Assembly: GCF_964213995.1 (NCBI RefSeq)
Contig: NC_135825.1
Location: 12,958,001 to 13,022,000, forward strand
Origin: Mustelus asterias
Taxonomy: Eukaryota
Length of the DNA: 64,000 nucleotides
Direction: 5' to 3'
Made by a program: the position numbers and the translations under genes. The notes beneath the pieces are model-generated. The model was not told the DNA's origin, did no database searches, and saw only the letters and a program-made list of their open reading frames with translations. Below, piece by piece: positions 26,101 to 41,100 of the stretch; within the stretch, counting starts at the first letter, position 1; each line of letters opens with the position of its first letter.

Positions 26101-29100
26101 TAGGGATTCTATGATTCTTTGAACAATTGGTCAATGCTGTTGTTCATGTTTTACACAAGGCTATCACCCTATTTCATCTCAATCTTGCAGCATATCCTTC
26201 TATTCTTTTCCCCCTCAGTAAGTTCCTCTCGATTCACCCGAAAAGTATCTACAATATTTGGCACCACTGCACCTTATGGTACAGGTAAACACAGAAACAT
26301 AGGAAATGGGAGCAAGAGTATTCCTTCAGCATACCTCAGATTCACTAAACAAAAACCAGCAATGTCCATAAGCTGGACATTTTTAAGACGTTCTGTGCAC
26401 CAATTTTAACCGAGTAAGTGTTTTTTTAAACTTACCTGGACAATTCTGCCTCGGCACTGTGTTCGCCGTCATGTAGCTCTCGACTAGTTACCGGCTTCAC
26501 TGCTTCATATTCCACTCTCTCCGCCACTCCAAGTGACCCTTACACCAGCCGACCCAGAGAGACATGAACCACCCGTGGCCTGAACCACCCGACCGCATTC
26601 CAGCAAGGTCTGAAATCCAGCAGGACTGGATTTGAGCGATTGCACCCAATTCCACATTGAACAAGTTCCACCTTCTAACAACTCTCTGGGGAAGGAGGTT
26701 AGAAACTTTCACTGATACTAATAGTAACCGTCAATAATAAAAATATATTGAAAGTTCATAGAATCGCTACAATGCAGATGGAGGCCATTCAGCCCACACT
26801 CACAACAATCCCACCCAGGCCCTATCCTCGTAACCCCACACATTTACCCTGCTAATTCCCCAACACCAAGGGGTAATTTAGCATGACCAATCAACCTTAA
26901 CCTACACATCTTTGTTGTGTAGGAGGAAACCAGAGCACCCAGAGGAAACCCACGCAGACACGGGGAGAATGTGCAACCTCCATGCAGACGGTGCCCCAAG
27001 CCAGGAATCGAATCCGGGTCCCTAGCACTGTGAGGCAGCAGTGCTAACCACCATGCCACTGTGCTGCACCTCACAGATTATTGTCCATCCGACACTATTA
27101 GCCCCCTGTGAAGCCCCCTCACAATCTACCTTCTCCTCAGCCTTTTCACAAGATTATATACGTTAGTTAATTTTATTGTTACCAAGAGGAAAGGAAATGA
27201 AGGAGTGTTCTGGTGTGGAACAGCAAAAATAAATGGTGGAAACCTTGTAAAGATAAGAGAATCGGACAGTTGCTGACGGTAAGATTCTATGTAAGATTAT
27301 TATAATTCAGTCGGTATTGAATCGAACTCGGAACGGAAACTTGGCCAATACCAGTGCTTGTGCTTCACATGAGGCCCATTCTAGTCACCCCTTATCTCAC
27401 TCTTTTAGCATCCCCTTTGGTTCATTTCCGTCTAAATGCCTTTATCTCGCTCCCCATTAAAAGCATCTATGACTTTTGCCACAACTTCTGCTTACGGTAG
27501 CAAGTTTCACATTTCACAGGTTCCACATTCTAACAATTCTGAGTAAAGAACTTTCTTCCTGAATTCCTCATCGGTTATTTTAGTAACCATTTTAGATTTT
27601 GGTTCTGTCATAATCATAGAATCACAGAATCCCTGCAGTGCTGAAGGAGGCCATTTGGCCCATCGAGTCTGCACCGAACACAGTCCCACCAAGGCCCTAT
27701 TCCCGTAACCCCTCTTTTTTATCCTGTTAACTCCCCTGACACTAATTTAGCATGGCCAATCAACCGAACCCGCACATATTTGGACTGTGGAAGGAAACCG
27801 GAGCGCCCGGAGGAAACCCATGCAGACACGGGGAGAATGTGCAAACACTACACAAACAGTGACTCGAGGCCGGGATCGAACCTGGGTACTTGGCGCTGTG
27901 AGGCAGCAGTGCTAACCACTGTGCCATGCAACCCCAGTGCATAAGTGGAAACAACTCTTATGTCTTATGATTTTTTTCCCCACCATGCATGGGATGTTGG
28001 TGCCTCTGAGGAGGCCAGCTCTAACTAAATTTGATTTGATTTGATATATCATTGTCACATGTATTACTATACAATGAAAAGCATTGCTTCCTGCATGCTA
28101 TACAGACAAGGCATACCGTTCAGAGATAAGGAAAGGAGAGAGTGCAGAATGTAATGTTACATTCATAGCTAAGGTGTAGAGAAAGATCAGCTGAGTGCAA
28201 GGTGGGCCCATTGTAGAGTCTGTTTGCAGCAGGGGAGCAGCTGTTCTTGAGTCGGTTGGTACATGTCCTCCGACTTTTGTATCTTTTTCCGACAGAAGAA
28301 GGTGGAAGAGAGTATGTCCTGGGTGCGTGGGGTTCTTGAAAGCTGGCTGCTTTTCTGAGGCAGCAGGAGGTGTAGACAGACTCAACGGATGGGAGGCTGG
28401 TTTGCGTGATGGACTGGGCTTCATTCATGACCCTTTGTCATTTTTTGCGGTCTTGGGTAGAGCAGGAGCCACACCAAGCTGTGATACAACCAGAAAGAAT
28501 GTTTTCTGTGGTGCATCTGTAAAAGTTGGCGAGAGTCGTAGTGGACATGCCAAATTTCCTTAGTCTTCTGAGAAAGTAGATCCTTTGGGGGGCTTTCTGA
28601 ACTATAGTGTTGTCATGGGAAGACCAGGACAGGTTGTTGGTGATCTGGATACCTAAAAGCTTGAAGCTCTTGACCATTTCTACTTCGTCCCCATTGATGT
28701 AGACAGGGGCATGTCCTCTACTACGCTTCCTGAAGTCAATGACAATCTCCTTCATTTTGTTGACATTGAGGAAGAGATTGTTGTTGTCACACCAGTTCAC
28801 CAGATTCTCTATCTCTTTCCTGTACTCCGTCTCATCATTATGTGAGATTCGACCCATTGGTGGTGATGTCATCAGCAAACATGAAAATTGAGTTGGAGTG
28901 GAATTTGTCCACACAGTCATAGGTGTATAAGGAGTATAAAAGGGTGTTAAGAACACAGCCTTGTTGGGCACCGGTGTTGAGGATGATCGTGGAGGAGGTG
29001 TTGTTGCCTATCCTTACTGATTGCGATCTGTGGGTTCGGAAGTCCAGGATCCAGTCCAAATGTGAACATTTGGTGGCAGGTCACTGCTGCAATCCATGTA

Positions 29101-32100
29101 GTGTTGGTGCTGTTTGGGAGAGAATCCCAGGATCCGAATCCAGTGAGAGTGAGATAACAACGATGCATTTCTAAACCTGGGTAGAATATTACACATACTT
29201 ATTTGATCAGGCAGCACGGTGGCACAGTGGTCAGCACTGCTGCTTCACAGCGCCAGGGACCCAGGTTCAATTCCGGCCTTGGGTCAGTGCCAGTGTGGAG
29301 TTTGCACATTCTCCCCATGTCTATGTGGGTTTCCCCCGGGGGGTTCGGTTTCCTCCCACAGTCCAAAGGTGTACAGCAAAGGTTGATTGGCCATGCTAAA
29401 TTGCCCCTTAGTGTCAGAGGAATTAGCATGGTAAATACATGGGGATAGGGCCTGGGTGGGATTGTGGTTGGTGCAGACTCAATGGGCCGAATGGCCTCTT
29501 GCTTCACTGTTGGGAATCTATGACTCTAATCCATCTATGAGCTTTCGTGAAATCATTGCTTGCGGTAGCACGTAGAATTCAGTAAATGTAGATAAATTGG
29601 CATCTTAATCTGGACATAAAAACATTTGCAAGTCATCACTTCGATTTCGAATGAGCAACAAGTGAGGCCACGATTATTTCTCTTTGTTTCAGCCTCACTT
29701 TATGATGAAAGAAGATAACCTCATTCTGTGTTATGGGGCAGAAACATATATTGAAGAAGCTCTGTGGCAAATCCACCCTCATTTTGAGTTTGACCACATT
29801 GGACAGTGAGGCATCAAGTAATCTTTCCCTGTACAAGGGAAGAAAAGATTAAGGGTGCAGTCACGGCTCGGCGCTTTGGATGGATTCTTACCAGCGCCAT
29901 TAGCATTGCCAACTTTGATTAGGGTGGCACGATGGCACAATAGATAGCACTGCTACCTCACAGCACCAGGGACCCAGGTTCAATTCCAGCTTTGGGTGTC
30001 TGTCTGTGTGGAGTCTGCACGTTCTCCCCATACCTGCGTGGGTTTCCTCCGGGTGCTCCGGTTTCCACCCACAGTCCAAAGATGTGCTGGTTAGGTGGGT
30101 TAACCATGCTAAATTGATCCTCAGTGTCCAGGAATTTGTAGGTTTAGTGAATTGGCCATGGTAAATTTACAGGGTTACGGGAATAGGACAGTGGGGGGGT
30201 GAGGGGGGGTGTTAGGGGCATAAGGCTAGTAAGATGCTCTTTCAGAGAGTCAGTGCAGGCTCAATGAGCCGAATGGCCTCCTTCTGCACTGTAGGAAGTT
30301 TATAGAAATATACTTCTCCAACCATGCTCCAACCATCAGTCACCCAACACATGCATCTCGTGACATACCACCTTCCTACGCGAATTGGAAAACATAAAGG
30401 CTCATTTTTTGAGTGGATGATGCATGATTGTCAGTGAAATAGCATTTCCACTGCCCCCCTCCGTCACCCCCACCATTTTCAATATTTTTATAACCAATAA
30501 AGAGAAGTGTTCGAAGAAAATGACCAAAAGAAATCTTTTTTAATGTCCGGATGATTTTTCTCCAGTGTCCTGGAGATTCCAGATCAATCCAGGAGGGTTG
30601 GTGACCCTAACTCCCTGGAGGTGATGTTACAGGTGGAGGCAAGGGGAATTTCAGACAGTTAAGTGTCGGGACAGTTCTCCACTGTTGTCCCACCTCTGGG
30701 CCAGTATCCCATGGGCAGACTACCATGGGAACTGTCAGCCTACTCCCTGGAGACAGGCAGTCAACAAAGCCAATTAAGGGTCTACTCAGCAGCCATTTTC
30801 AGCAGTCACTGGAATTTTCCTGGTATCAAGCCCCAACCTCCACTGTTCCCCACTCCCCCCCTCCCCCACCCATCCCTTCCCATCCCCCCCCACCCCACTC
30901 CTCCCACTGGGGCCAGAGCCAGCTCTTTGAAGACAACCTCCCAGCAGATGGAAGGCCATTGGACCCTCTTCTCAATCCCCCTATTCATGGAGCCACACAA
31001 ACTAAAGAGCCACAACCACAATAACTCCTGCCAGGGAGATCCCCCTTCAATCTGATAGCCCAAATGGATGTGGGCCTTCTTCAATTGCAAATTCTCTACA
31101 GGCCTCTGAGGTCACCTCCATTTTGATAAAACCCCCTCAGTCCCCTAGCTGCCTGTTTGACCATAAACTAAATCTATCTCTTCCTCTGCTCCCTTTGCAC
31201 AAGATTATGCGACAATTCAAGACAAGGAAATCCGTTCAACCAGCGTCCATCCGTCCATCCATCCATCCATCCATCCATCTATCCATCCATCCATCTATCC
31301 ATCCAGCCAAATCTATTCATCCATCCATAGCCATCCAGAATTTGACCAGTTGGCTCAAGGAAACTGAAAAGGCGGCACGGTAGCACAGTGGTTAGCACTG
31401 CTGCTTCACAGCTCCAGGGACCCGGGTTCAATTCCCGGCCTTGGGTCACTGTCAGTGTGGTGTTTGCACATTCTCCTCGTGTCTGCGTGGGTTTCCTCCG
31501 GGTGCTCTGGTTTCCTCCCACAGTCCAAAGATGTGGGCAGGTTAGGTTGATTGGCCCTTAGTGTCCTGAGATGAGTAGGTTAGAGGAATCAGCGGGTAAA
31601 TGTGCAGGGATATGGGGGTAGGGCCTGGGTGGGATTGTGGTCGGTGCAGACCCGATGGGCCGAATGGCCTCTTTCTGCACTGGAGGGTTTCTATGATTCT
31701 ATGAAACAGCCAATGATCAGAATGTTTAAAATATGCCCCCTTCGCCACAGAACTGCGCCCGCCTGCCCCTCCCTGCCCCATAACACCCACATTTGCTTTC
31801 TTAAATACTGTGTGATGAGAATAAAAGTATGTTATTATTGGGAATTATTATCAGTTATTGACTGACTTATTCATTCATGTTTGCTTGGAAAAACAGGGAA
31901 TTCAGAGGTACCCAGCAATGGCCAAAGGTGAGATTTCAATAATTGTCTCGATATAATTTCTAATCATTCTAATTAAACTCATATTGACTAGATAGTTCTG
32001 CTCTCTTCATAATATTGCTGTGCAATCCGATATCTTTAAAACTACCACAATCCCCACAACTGCCTGTATGGCCCTATACTTTTCCTCATATAATTCCTAT

Positions 32101-35100
32101 TGATATCTTCCTGTTTAATACAAGCATCAATTTCAGAGAGCAAGGTTTCCACAGGCTCTGCCAGTGATCGTACAGTTGGCGATGATCCGTGGCCTCTATC
32201 ATTCAAGGCTATGGGCCAAGTGCTGGTAAACGGGATTAGGTGGGAGGTCAGGTGTTTCCCGCATGCCAGTGCAGACTCGATGGGCTGAAGGGCCTCTTCT
32301 GCACTGTATGATGCTATGATTCTTTGAGCTATGCATTACCACTTTCTTCTGATTTCCCTCCCCACACCTCAGTATTCATTCACTGCATGTGGGAATCACT
32401 GGCAAAGCCAGAATTTGTTGCCCATCCCTAATTGCCCTTGACATGGTGGTTTCTTGTCATCATGTGCCACAGTAGTCCACAAGGTGTAAGTATTCCCGTC
32501 GTACTATTAGAAAGGCAGTTCCTGGATTTTGACCCAGTGACGATGAAGGAAACTTGATGCATTTCCGAGTCACACTAGTGTGGGCATTGGAAGGGAAGCT
32601 ACAGGAGGTGGTGTTTCCCCGCGCCTGCCATCCTTGTCCTTCTAGCTGGTAGAGGTGGCGAGTTTGGAGCATGCTGTTGAGGATACCTTGGTGGATTGCT
32701 TCAGTGTATTGTCAACTATGAGAGATAATCTCACCAGAATATAGCTCATCTTTCAATCAAGGGATATTACATTAAAAACCAGAAGTCACGTGGCACGGTG
32801 GGTAGTGTCCGGTTCAAGACGCACCCAAGGATTTGATGGCCGAGGAAGGTGTGTTTACAATGTGACCACACAGGTTGAGTATTGGGCGGCACAGTGGCAC
32901 AGTGGTTAGCACAGCTGCCTCACAGCGCCAGGGACCCGAGTTCAATTCCGGCCTTGGGTGACTATCTGTGTGGAGTTTGCGCATTCTCCCCGTGTCTGCG
33001 TGGGTTTCCTCCAGGTGCTCCGGTTTCCCCCCACACTCCAAAGATGTGCAGGTTAGGTTGATTGGCCATGCTAAATTGCCCTTTAGTGTCAGGGAGATTA
33101 GGACTGTAAATATGTGGGGTTACGGAGATGGGACCTGGGTGGGATTGCTGTCAATGCAGACTCAATGGGCCAAATGGCCTCCTTCTGCACTGCAGGGATC
33201 CTATGAGTATTAACCTGTAAAATTCTTCCAACACACACCAATGGCAGACGGTTAGCGCGGGAGAGATTCCTGGTTAACCATGCTTGATGGAGTGGTGCCT
33301 CCAAGCTGTAAGCCTCTGGTGACGGGCTAGCGAACTGTTCCAGGGAAGACGTCACCATGGAGACAGATGGAAGGCTGCCTCGTGCACCACTAGTTATAGG
33401 AAGACAAACAACATTAAAAACCAGTTCCTCCATTTAGTTCACAATCCACTATATTTTCCTTTGTTTTATCATGTGCACAAAGTCTTAATTCAATCTATTC
33501 CGCTTGAATCCTTTAGCAAAATCTCTTCACTGGAATGGTACATCATCCTCACTGTTGTTCCAGGACTGTTAATCTTACTACTGCTGGTTTTATTCATATT
33601 CAGAAAGAAAATGCAAAAATCAGCCAGAGATCAGGGTGAGTAGCCATGGAGACATTTTCTCTGCAATAAATATGCAACATGGATTGCCCAGTGGAATAGC
33701 ACAATAATACATTGTTGATATAAAATTGAAAGAACTACTTTTCAATGAGAAACAGGAAGAGCTAAATTTTCCCAGTTTTATGGAGGTGAGTTAAGTAAGT
33801 GAGACTGGGAAAAAAGATACAAAATGGCACTTCAGGTCAGCTACCAGAATCATTCCCATCCCCGACTGCTCTTGCCCAAGCTGAGTCAATGTGGCAAAGG
33901 CCGCCCATACAGCGGCAGCGGCTAACCAATTAGGTGCATTAATGGGACAATTGTGGGGGGGACAGGTGATGGCTTTGTTGGGATCTTCACAATAGCAGAT
34001 GAGAGCCCTACTGAGGCCCAAGCCTAACAGGCAACTGGAGGTAGCCTCATTGCGATAGGGCTTGAGGCAGTTAATGCCTCCACTTGATCAAATCTGCTGG
34101 TGGTCACCAGCAACATCTGCAGCCACAGGCCACCCTGTGGAGGGTTCCCTCACTATTGTGATGACCACATAACTGTGGGCCGGTGCAATTTTCAATTTTT
34201 TCCAATGCTGCAGAGAGCATCTCCATTTTGAGGTGCCCTCGTGATCTCCTGCCTGAAGGGCCAACTCTCTTGGTGGAGTTGCTGTCGAGACACAGCTGTT
34301 GGGCCTCCTGTTTAGGCTCCAGCTTCCAATAGTCTGCCCTCTGTCCTTAACTGAACCGGGATTCCGGTGCTGGCTGCCTCTCTGAAAATCACAATCCACC
34401 AAGGCCTCTTCCACATTCTGAGCCAAAATTGAGGCGAACAACAAGGTCATGACCCAACCAAGAAAGTTCATCCCTCGGACCATCCAGCCCCTCCAACCCA
34501 ACCAATTTTGGTCAATTCTTTCACTGCATGTTTGACATATAAACAATATGGAGGGAATAAAAGGTGAGAGCTACGATGAATGAAGCAAGCTTTCCATCCC
34601 AACACCTGGGCAGGAGGCGTACTCCACTGGAACCTGCCATCCCGTGCAACATAGGTGGCTCAGTGGTTAGCGGTTAGCACTGCTGCCTCAAAGCACCAAG
34701 CACCTGGGTTCGATTCCTGACTTGGGTCACCATCTGTGCGGAGTTTGCACATTCTCCCCGTGTCTGCATGGGTTTCCTCCGGCTGACAGTAATAAATGGA
34801 TTTTAAACATTAATAATATTGCATCAGATTCTGAGTCATTCCACAGCACAGTGGCACAGTTTGCAGTAAACCTCTAAAGCATGGTCAAAGTCCTTGACAC
34901 GCAATTCTTTCACTTCCTCACGCTATTCCTCCCCTTCTCTTCTGAAGCCACTTCTCCTTTAGCACCTTTAGGTAAAAGATAAAGTTTATTTATTAGTGTC
35001 ACAGGTCGGCTTACATTAACACTGCAATGAAGTTACTGTGAAAATCCACTTGTCGCCACACTCCGGCGCCTGTTCGGGAACACTGAGGGAGAATTTAGCA

Positions 35101-38100
35101 CGGCCAATGCACCCTAACCAGCACGCCTTTCAGAGTGTGGGAGGAAACCGGAGCAACCCGGAGGAAACCCACGCAGACACGGGGAGAACGTGCCGACTCT
35201 GCACAGACAGTGACCCAAGCCAGGAATCAAACCCAGGTCCCTGGTGCTGTGAGGCAGCAGTGCTAACCACTGTGCCACTGTACCGCTGCGAATATAGGAA
35301 GCTATTCAGCTGCAGCAGATATCACCGTGGACTTTGATACTCTCTTGCCCAATGTCCACAAGCAGAAATTCCTGGATAGCAGTGACAAAACTTCTGTCTG
35401 ATCTTCCCTCCCTGAGTTGGGCTGCTGAAGCGATTTTCAGAGTCCCCAACACAGGGGCTTCTGAGATTAACTCACTTATAAAAGTGCAAGAAACAAAAAT
35501 GCATTTACAGAGCTCAACAACTCGCTGTGCTAACTTGTTTTAACCATTGAAATAGCAGCTGAATCTTGGGGTTTTATTTATTTAGAGTTGTGATGTGGGG
35601 GATGCTGGTGTCATAGAATCCCTATAGTGCAGAAGGAGGCCATTTGATCCATCAAATCTGCACCAACTCTCCAATGTGGCACAGTGGTTAGCACTGCTGC
35701 CTCACAGCGCCAGGGACCCGGGTTCAATTCCCGGCTTGGGTCACTGTATGGAGTCTGCATGTTCTCCCCGTGTCTGTGTGGGTTTCCTCCCACAGTCTGA
35801 AAGACGTGCTGGTTATGTGCATTGGCCATGCTAAATTCTCCCTCAGTGTACCCGAACAGGCGCTGGAGTGTTGACGATTGGGGATTTTCACAGTAACTTC
35901 ATTGCAGTGTTAATGTAAGCCAACTTGTGACTAATAAGTTAATGTTAACTCTTTAACAGAGCATGTTACCCAGACCTTATCCATGTAACCCCATGTATTT
36001 ACCCCACTAATTCCCCTAACCTATACGTCTTGGGACACCAAGTGGCAATTTAGCATGGCCAATCCACCCAACCCTCACATCTTTGAACTGTGGGAGGAAA
36101 CGGGAGCACCCGGAGGAAACCCACACAGACACGGGGAGAACGTGCAGACTCCACACAGTCACCCAAGGCCGGAATTGAACCCGGGTTCCTGACGTTGTGA
36201 GGTGGCAGTGCTAACTGCTGTGCCACCCCAATATTGGCATGGCCAACATTTATCAACGATCCCTAACAGCCTTTGAGAAGGTGAAAGTGAACCATATTCT
36301 TGAACCTTTGCAGTCAATGTGGTGGAGGTCGACACATAACCTATTTGGGGAGGGAGTTAACCAGCTACAGTGAGGGAATGGCGATATATATTCAAGTCAG
36401 GATGGTGCGATACTTGGAGGGAATTGTAGGTGGTGGTGTTCCCATGTATCACTGCCCTTGGATAGTAGAGGTTGCAGGTATGGTCAAAGTGGCCTTGGTG
36501 AGTTGCTGCAGTGCAGCTTGTAGATGCTACACACAACCGACATTGTGCGCCAGATGTTGTCAATGTGGATGGTTAAAATTTCAAATACTTTGACAGAGAC
36601 ATCACGGATGTTTTAGCTGATAATTGTTTTGTAATCCACTTTCTATTATCCTTTACAGAAAGTTTAACAAAAGATGAAATTGGTAAACTCAAAATGTCAA
36701 AAGTTAATTCATTGATTGTAGGCACACAGTCGATGGTGGAAGGTTATTTCTCGGATTGGAGGCCTGTGACTAGCGGTGTGACTCAGGGCTTGGTGCTGGG
36801 GCCCTTGTTATTCATATAAATGATTTGGATGTGAATGTACAAGGCACGGTTCGTAAGTTTGTGGATGATATTAAATTAGGAGGTTATCAAAAATTACAGG
36901 GGCATCTTAATCAATTAGGGAAGTGAGCCAAGGATTGGTACATGGATTCCAATACAAGTAAGTGCGGGGTGTTGCACTTTGGAAAGTCAAACCAGAGTAG
37001 GACTTACACAGTGAATGGTAGGGCCCTGGGGAGTGTTGAGGAACAGAGCGATTGAGGAGTACAAGTACATAGTATGTTGAAAGCAGCATCACAGGTAGAC
37101 AGGGTTGTGGACAATGCGATTATCTCAGTGTAATAAACACTCCTGCATGGTATCTCAATATACTACACTCTGCTCCATGGTATCGCAGTGTACTCCACTC
37201 TGCTCCATGGTATCTCAGTGTACTACACACTGCTCCATGGTATCTCAGTGTACTACACACTGCTGCATGGTATCGCAGTGTCCTACACACTGCTCCATGG
37301 TATCTCAGTGTACTACACTCTACTGCAAAGTATCTCAGTGTACCACACTCTGCTCCATGGTATCTCAATATACTACACTCTGCTCCATGGTATCTCAGTG
37401 TACTACACACTGCTCCATGGTATCTCAGTGTACTACACTCTGCTCCATGGTATCTCAGTGTACTACACACTGCTCCATGGTATCTCAGTGTACTACACTC
37501 TGCTCCATGGTATCTCAGTGTACTACACTCTGCTCCATGGTATCTCAGTGTACTACACTCTGCTCCATGGTATCGCAGTGTACTACACTCTACTGCAAGG
37601 TATCTCAGTGTACTACACTCTGCTGCATGGTATCTCAATATACTACACTCTGCTGCATGGTATCTCAGTGTACTACACTCTGCTGCATGGTATCGCAGTG
37701 TACGACACTCTGCTCCATGGTATCTCAGTGTACTACACTCTGCTGCATGGTATCTCAGTGTACTACACTCTGCACAATGGTATCGCAGTGTACTACACTC
37801 TGCACAATGGTATCGCAGTGTACTACACTCTGCACAATGGTATCGCAGTGTACTACACTCTGCTGCATGGTATCTCAGTGTACTACACTCTACTGCAAGG
37901 TATCTCAGTGTACTACACTCTGCTCCATGGTATCGCAGTGTACTACACTCTGCTGCATGGTATCTCAGTGTACTACACTCTGCTGCATGGTATCTCAGTG
38001 TACTACACTCTGCACAATGGTATCTCAGTGTACTACACTCTGCACAATGGTATCTCAGTGTACTACACACTGCTCCATGGTATCGCAGTGTACTACACTC

Positions 38101-41100
38101 TGCTGCATGGTATCTCAGTGTACTACACTCTGCACAATGGTATCTCAGTGTACTACACACTGCTCCATGGTATCGCAGTGTACTACACTCTGCACAATGG
38201 TATCTCAGTGTACTACACTCTGCACAATGGTATCTCAATATACTACACTCTGCTCCATGGTATCGCAGTGTACTACACTCTGCTGCATGGTATCTCAGTG
38301 TACTACACTCTGCACAATGGTATCTCAGTGTACTACACACTGCTCCATGGTATCTCAGTGTACTCCACTCTGCTGCATGGTATCTCAGTGTACTACACTC
38401 TGCTGCATGGTATCTCAATATACTACACACTGCTCCATGGTATCGCAGTGTACTACACTCTGCACAATGGTATCGCAGTGTACTCCACTCTGCACAATGG
38501 TATCTCAGTGTACTACACTCTGCTCCATGGTATCTCAATATACTACACACTGCTCCATGGTATCGCAGTGTACTACACTCTGCTGCATGGTATCGCAGTG
38601 TACTACACTCTGCTGCATGGTATCGCAGTGTACTACACTCTGCTGCATGGTATCTCAGTGTACTACACTCTGCTGCATGGTATCTCAATATACTACACAC
38701 TGCTCCATGGTATCGCAGTGTACTACACTCTGCACAATGGTATCGCAGTGTACTCCACTCTGCACAATGGTATCTCAGTGTACTACACTCTGCTCCATGG
38801 TATCTCAATATACTACACACTGCTCCATGGTATCGCAGTGTACTACACTCTGCTGCATGGTATCTCAGTGTACTACACTCTGCTCCATGGTATCGCAGTG
38901 TACTACACTCTGCTCCATGGTATCGCAGTGTACAACACTCTACTGCAAAGTATCTCAGTGTACCACACTCTGCTGCATGGTATCTCAATATACTACACTC
39001 TGCTGCATGGTATCTCAGTGTACTACACTCTGCTCCATGGTATCTCAGTGTACTACACTCTGCTGCATGGTATCGCAGTGTACTACACTCTACTGCATGG
39101 TATCTCAATATACTACACTCTGCTGCATGGTATCGCAGTGTACTACACTCTGCTGCATGGTATCTCAATATACTACACACTGCTCCATGGTATCGCAGTG
39201 TACTACACTCTGCACAATGGTATCGCAGTGTACAACACTCTGCACAATGGTATCGCAGTGTACTACACGCTGCACAATGGTATCTCAGTGTACTACACAC
39301 TGCTCCATGGTATCGCAGTGTACTACACACTGCTCCATGGTATCTCAGTGTACTACACTCTGCTCCATGGTATCTCAGTGTACTACACACTGCTCCATGG
39401 TATCTCAGTGTACTACACTCTGCTGCATGGTATCGCAGTGTACTACACTCTACTGCAAAGTATCTCAGTGTACCACACTCTGCTGCATGGTATCTCAATA
39501 TACTACACTCTGCTCCATGGTATCGCAGTGTACTACACTCTACTGCAAGGTATCTCAGTGTACTACACTCTGCTGCATGGTATCTCAATATACTACACTC
39601 TGCTGCATGGTATCGCAGTGTACTACACTCTGCACAATGGTATCTCAGTGTACTACACTCTGCTGCATGGTATCGCAGTGTACTACACACTGCTCCATGG
39701 TATCTCAGTGTACTACACACTGCTCCATGGTATCGCAGTGTACTACACTCTGCTGCATGGTATCGCAGTGTACTACACACTGCTACATGGTATCGCAGTG
39801 TACTACACACTGCTGCATGGTATCGCAGTGTACTACACTCTGCACAATGGTATCTCAGTGTACTACACACTGCTCCATGGTATCGCAGTGTACTACACAC
39901 TGCTCCATGGTATCGCAGTGTACTACACTCTGCACAATGGTATCTCAGTGTCCTTCACACTGCTCCATGGTATCGCAGTGTACTACACTCTGCTCCATGG
40001 TATCTCAGTGGACTACACTCTGCTGCATGGTATCGCGGTGTACTACACTTTGCACCATGGTATCTGTGTACTTTCTGATCAATGTTGTCCGGCGCTGAGG
40101 TTTTTCTGTCATGTGGTTAATGAGTAGCTCTCTCTGTAGCAGACTCGAAGAACATGTTTGGATTGATGTGGGTAGGTGTGTGTAAGCCTGAAACCAACTT
40201 GAGGTTCTCGCAGTGAATATCGATTTCAGAATAAAATAGAACAGTGCTCGTATTGGTCAAAGTGACAGAAGAATTTTATTGTAATTGAATCATATATTAT
40301 TGATTTTCCAGGCAAGAATGAAAATGAGAATGCGGAACCCCAGATCCTGGTCACAAAAGTAAGAATGAAAGTAGTTTAAGATGATAGAAGTTCTATTTCT
40401 TGTATTTTGCAATTATTTAACACAAACGTCATTTCTTTATTAAGCTCCAAATTCCCTCATCGTAGAATCCTACATTGTAGGAGGCCATTTGGCCCATCGA
40501 GTCTGCACCAACCACAATCCCACCCAGGCCCTATCCCTATGTATTTACCCCAGCTAGTCCCCCTGACACTAAGGTTCAATTTAGATTGGCCAGTCAACCA
40601 AATCTGCACATCTTTGGACTGTGGGAGGAAACCGGAGCACCCGGAGGAAACCCACGCAGACACGGGGAGAACGTGCAGACTCCGCACAGACAGCGACCCA
40701 AGCCGGGAATTGAACCCGGGTCCCTGGCGCTGTGAGGCAGCCGTGCTAACCACTGTGCCGCCATACTCACCATAACTATATCGACATTGTATGCTTTGGT
40801 TTTCAATAGCACCAGTTGTATCTTCCTCTCCAAGCCACTTCCCATCCTGACTTGGTATATAATCGCTGTTCTTTCATTGTTGCTGAGTCTGAAGCCTGGA
40901 ACACCATTCCTAACAGCACTGTGGATGCACCTACAGTACATGGACTGCAGTGGTTCCAGAAGGTGCTCATCACCAGGCGCTAGTGGGTATGGGTAATGAA
41001 CACTGGCTGAGCCAGCAACACATGCATCCCATGAAATAATGTAACCAAAATATTTGGCAAGTTGCTTCATGATGGGCTCCTTAATCAAATATAGAACCAT

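Noticed and set aside
27141-27278. Functional extra exon using the CTCAG acceptor at 27140
   Set aside because: The phase-1 frame hits TAG within nine codons, and the Ig-like frame is frameshifted before the donor.
37111-40067. CRISPR array or Ig switch-region interpretation
   Set aside because: There are no unique spacers or cas genes and the context is eukaryotic. WRCY motifs are present, but the repeat is not G-rich and is not in an Ig locus.
37105-40127. Three 900-1000 aa ORFs (Cys-rich or Tyr/His-rich repeats)
   Set aside because: They arise from a stop-free 30-bp repeat that is open on both strands, lies inside an intron and has no splice or promoter support.
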